In this document: piece after piece, positions 61,357-64,000 of the stretch | Position numbering within the stretch: the stretch's first letter is position 1 | Layout: the number at the start of each line of letters is the position of its first letter | Origin: Mytilus trossulus | Lineage: Eukaryota | Assembly: GCF_036588685.1 (NCBI RefSeq) | Contig: NC_086381.1 | Span: forward strand, 2,232,001-2,296,000 | Direction: 5' to 3' | DNA: 64,000 nt | Program-made: the position numbers and the translations under genes | Notes under the pieces: model-generated | What the model was told of the DNA's origin: nothing | Database searches by the model: none | Seen by the model: the letters and a program-made list of their open reading frames with translations, nothing else

Positions 61357-61686
61357 ATTTATTGGTCTGTCGTTGCCATCTGTGCCTAACATGGAGTATT
61401 AAACGACAAGATTTACATCTCACATGTAGGACGGATGATTTACAGCTCAAGATAATATTTCATGATAATACAGATGAAGAAAAAGGATTTTGTCTTCTGT
61501 CTTATCCAAATCCCTTGTGTCACTCCCATTCAGAAAATGATAGTTTAAGTATAAATTTAGCTACTAACGAAACTGTATTGGTGGTACACGACGTATCAAA
61601 TAAATATATCCAGGGTATATGGACCTGTCGACATGGTACAAAATATGAATATGCTGTAGTTAATGTAACAAGAATGGAATTCAGAG
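61357..61686 (+). CDS. Internal exon encoding an Ig-like domain
   Basis: Polypyrimidine tract plus TTTAG acceptor, 330 bp, phase 1-1, donor G|GTTGGT. Reads LHLTC...NETVLVV...IQGIWTCRHG...AVVNV, an Ig-type Cys pair with a G-x-W/Y-x-C motif and N-glycosylation sequons. Confidence 0.75.
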
Positions 61687-62349
61687 GTTGGTATAATATG
61701 TTTATGCACAATAGTGTGCAGAGAAAAATTTAAATTATAAAACATAGGTAGAGAAATTCAATACAGGGATATTTGAAGGAAAAAAGAACCAAGGTGTTTT
61801 CTACATACAGGTATAGATTGCTTTACTCGTATGTGTCACTGTTTGTTCAAAATGCTATTGTCTAAAAATAGATTATCAAGGACTGCTCAGTTGTTCAATC
61901 TTAAATGCAACGTTTTGTAAATATGGATACTCCCAAATACATTCTGGGTTTGCTTTCATAAAGAATAACCAAATTGATGATTTTGAAAGAACATATATAT
62001 GGACATGCGATAGACCACTTGACTTTGCATTTGTTTTTTTCAGTTGCAGTTCAGAGTTTCTGTGGTTCCGATGTTGGTCTTATAGTTGATGTGATTCTCC
62101 AGGGTTTAGTTTTTAACCCGGTTTCGTTTTCTCTCATTTGATTTATATCTATTGAGATTGAGTCTTAAACGGTCATGTTGATCTAAATTCACATTAAATG
62201 TGAGAGTGTTCGAACAATATCGTATCAAGTTTATATTTAATCATGTTCAGACAATTCATTTGCAGTCAAATCAGTACTATTGCGGAGAATGATGTGAATT
62301 GACTGCAAACGTTTTTTCTGAAAAATGCTGAATTATCCGCCTTAGATAA

Positions 62350-63818
62350 GGCCGTGTTCACACCAAACGCCGTGTACAGTAAACATGTTTACAATTAGTT
62401 TAATGTAATGGACACTGGTTTCACATTAAATTTGTTCACATCTATACACCTTGTTTAATTACCTGTACAGAAGATCTGTTCACACTTGTAAATCATATGT
62501 CATTTAAATGTTCCTTACGTAGAACCGAATGCAAAGTTTTCGGACAATTTTTCTAGCAGTAAGGTAACGACCATTTGAATTCAAAAAAGGGGAATGGAAA
62601 TATTTCGATCTCCAATTGGATAAAAATAATCTGATCATACAGATGATAAAAATAAGTATTCTGAATCAAAAGTTCCCCCATGCATACATTTTAGTGTTAA
62701 ATATTTTTAGAATATTTTGTTTAACTGTTCGCGCGAAAAATCTGATTCAGATATAAAGGATTGAGATATTAGGGATCACTACATCTTTATCTTTTCTGTT
62801 TGTTTCAAATGATATATCTTCTTAAAGGAGTATTTGGCAAAGGGAGAGTGTAATTTTTTTTATTCTAAGGGTAATTTAACGGATCTGAGATACTCTATCA
62901 TTTACCTCACACTTTGTTTTAGTAATATCATTAAGAATGGAAATGGGGAATTTGTCAAAGAGACAACAACCCGACCGTAGCAAAAATAACAGCAGAAGGT
63001 CACCAACAGGTCTTCAATTTAGCGAGACATTCCCGTACCCGGAGGCGTCCTTCAACTGGCCCCTTAACAAATATATACTAGTTCAGTGATAATGCATTTA
63101 TGCGTGAATCGTTGTTTGAGTAAAAACCAGTGGCGAATATTTATATGTACTTCAAGTCGATTCGGGAAGACCTTTTAAATGAACTAGGCAGCAACTATTT
63201 TATTTTCTTAAGGGGGGTATGGATATTTTTCAAGACAAATTTTGGTGACAAGTCGAAAACATTTGTTTCTTTCAATTTAAGTATTAAATATATTGGCAGC
63301 TGGGAGCAAAAAAAAAGTCAGTGTTAAAAAAACATTTTGTTCTCTCCAAAAACTGGAAACAATTTTTTTTCCAAAATATCCATATCCCCCCTCCCATTCC
63401 CCCGAAAAATCAATGGGTGCTGCCTTATTGGTTCGGCAATGATGCTGCTTTGAGTCTTGATCAGGGGTTAATACAGCACGTTATTTAAAAAAAAACAAAA
63501 ACAAAATAAACATAATATACATTTTAGACAACAATTTCTGTAAAAAAAACTTTATTAATAATTGTCCAAACTATCAATTTTATGAACAAAAGGTTTCCTC
63601 CTTAAATATAAACACGGTTAAACTAATGTCCTAAATGCCTAGTTTTGTGTACACTTAAACCTACACAAGGCCTACATTGAGTATCGACTGTGTGTAAACA
63701 AAACATGATTTAAACTACATGAAAACACTGAGTTTTATCAATGGGAACACAATTCTGTTTAGTTTACGTGTGAGTTACACTAACACAACACCGAATTTAG
63801 GTCAATGTTAACACGGCC
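62350..63818. mobile_element. PIF/Harbinger-like MITE with nested insertions
   Basis: TIR GGCCGTGTT(C/A)ACA with a TAA TSD on both sides. Contains family C (62928-63095) and a small GGCAGCA-TIR MITE (63186-63425). Confidence 0.85.
62928..63095 (-). repeat. Dispersed repeat family C
   Basis: Reverse complement of 40270-40440. Confidence 0.9.
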
Positions 63819-64000
63819 TAAGTCTTAGTTAATATGACTTGATAAGTTATTTATTTCATTTAGAACTGTACAGGTCATGATATAACTCTTTTTATGTATG
63901 ATGAATTAGAGACGAAGTTATGTATAATAAATAAATTTTAAAAATGCACATGTATTATAAATAGACTTGTCAAGGGCAACACACAGACGACAACAATACA

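Overview
AT-rich eukaryotic genomic DNA, about one third GC. The repeat families resemble those of mytilid mussels, which is an inference. The window is mostly nested and decayed transposable elements: two Academ DNA transposon relics, several L1/Tx1, RTEX-like, CR1/L2 and Penelope-like retroelement fragments, Helentron-type HINEs, many MITEs, a solo LTR, and a young internally deleted BEL/Pao LTR element with an in-frame Gag-integrase fusion. About a dozen dispersed copies of a short repeat carry a type I hammerhead ribozyme (retrozyme/Penelope-type). Two other short repeat families share a covarying RNA-like fold that I cannot assign. One probable host gene begins near the 3' end, with a signal-peptide exon at 53751 and a phase 1-1 Ig-like exon at 61357. 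No rRNA, tRNA gene, CRISPR array or prokaryotic operon is supported. All family names come from motif recognition, not database searches, and the boundaries of decayed elements are approximate.
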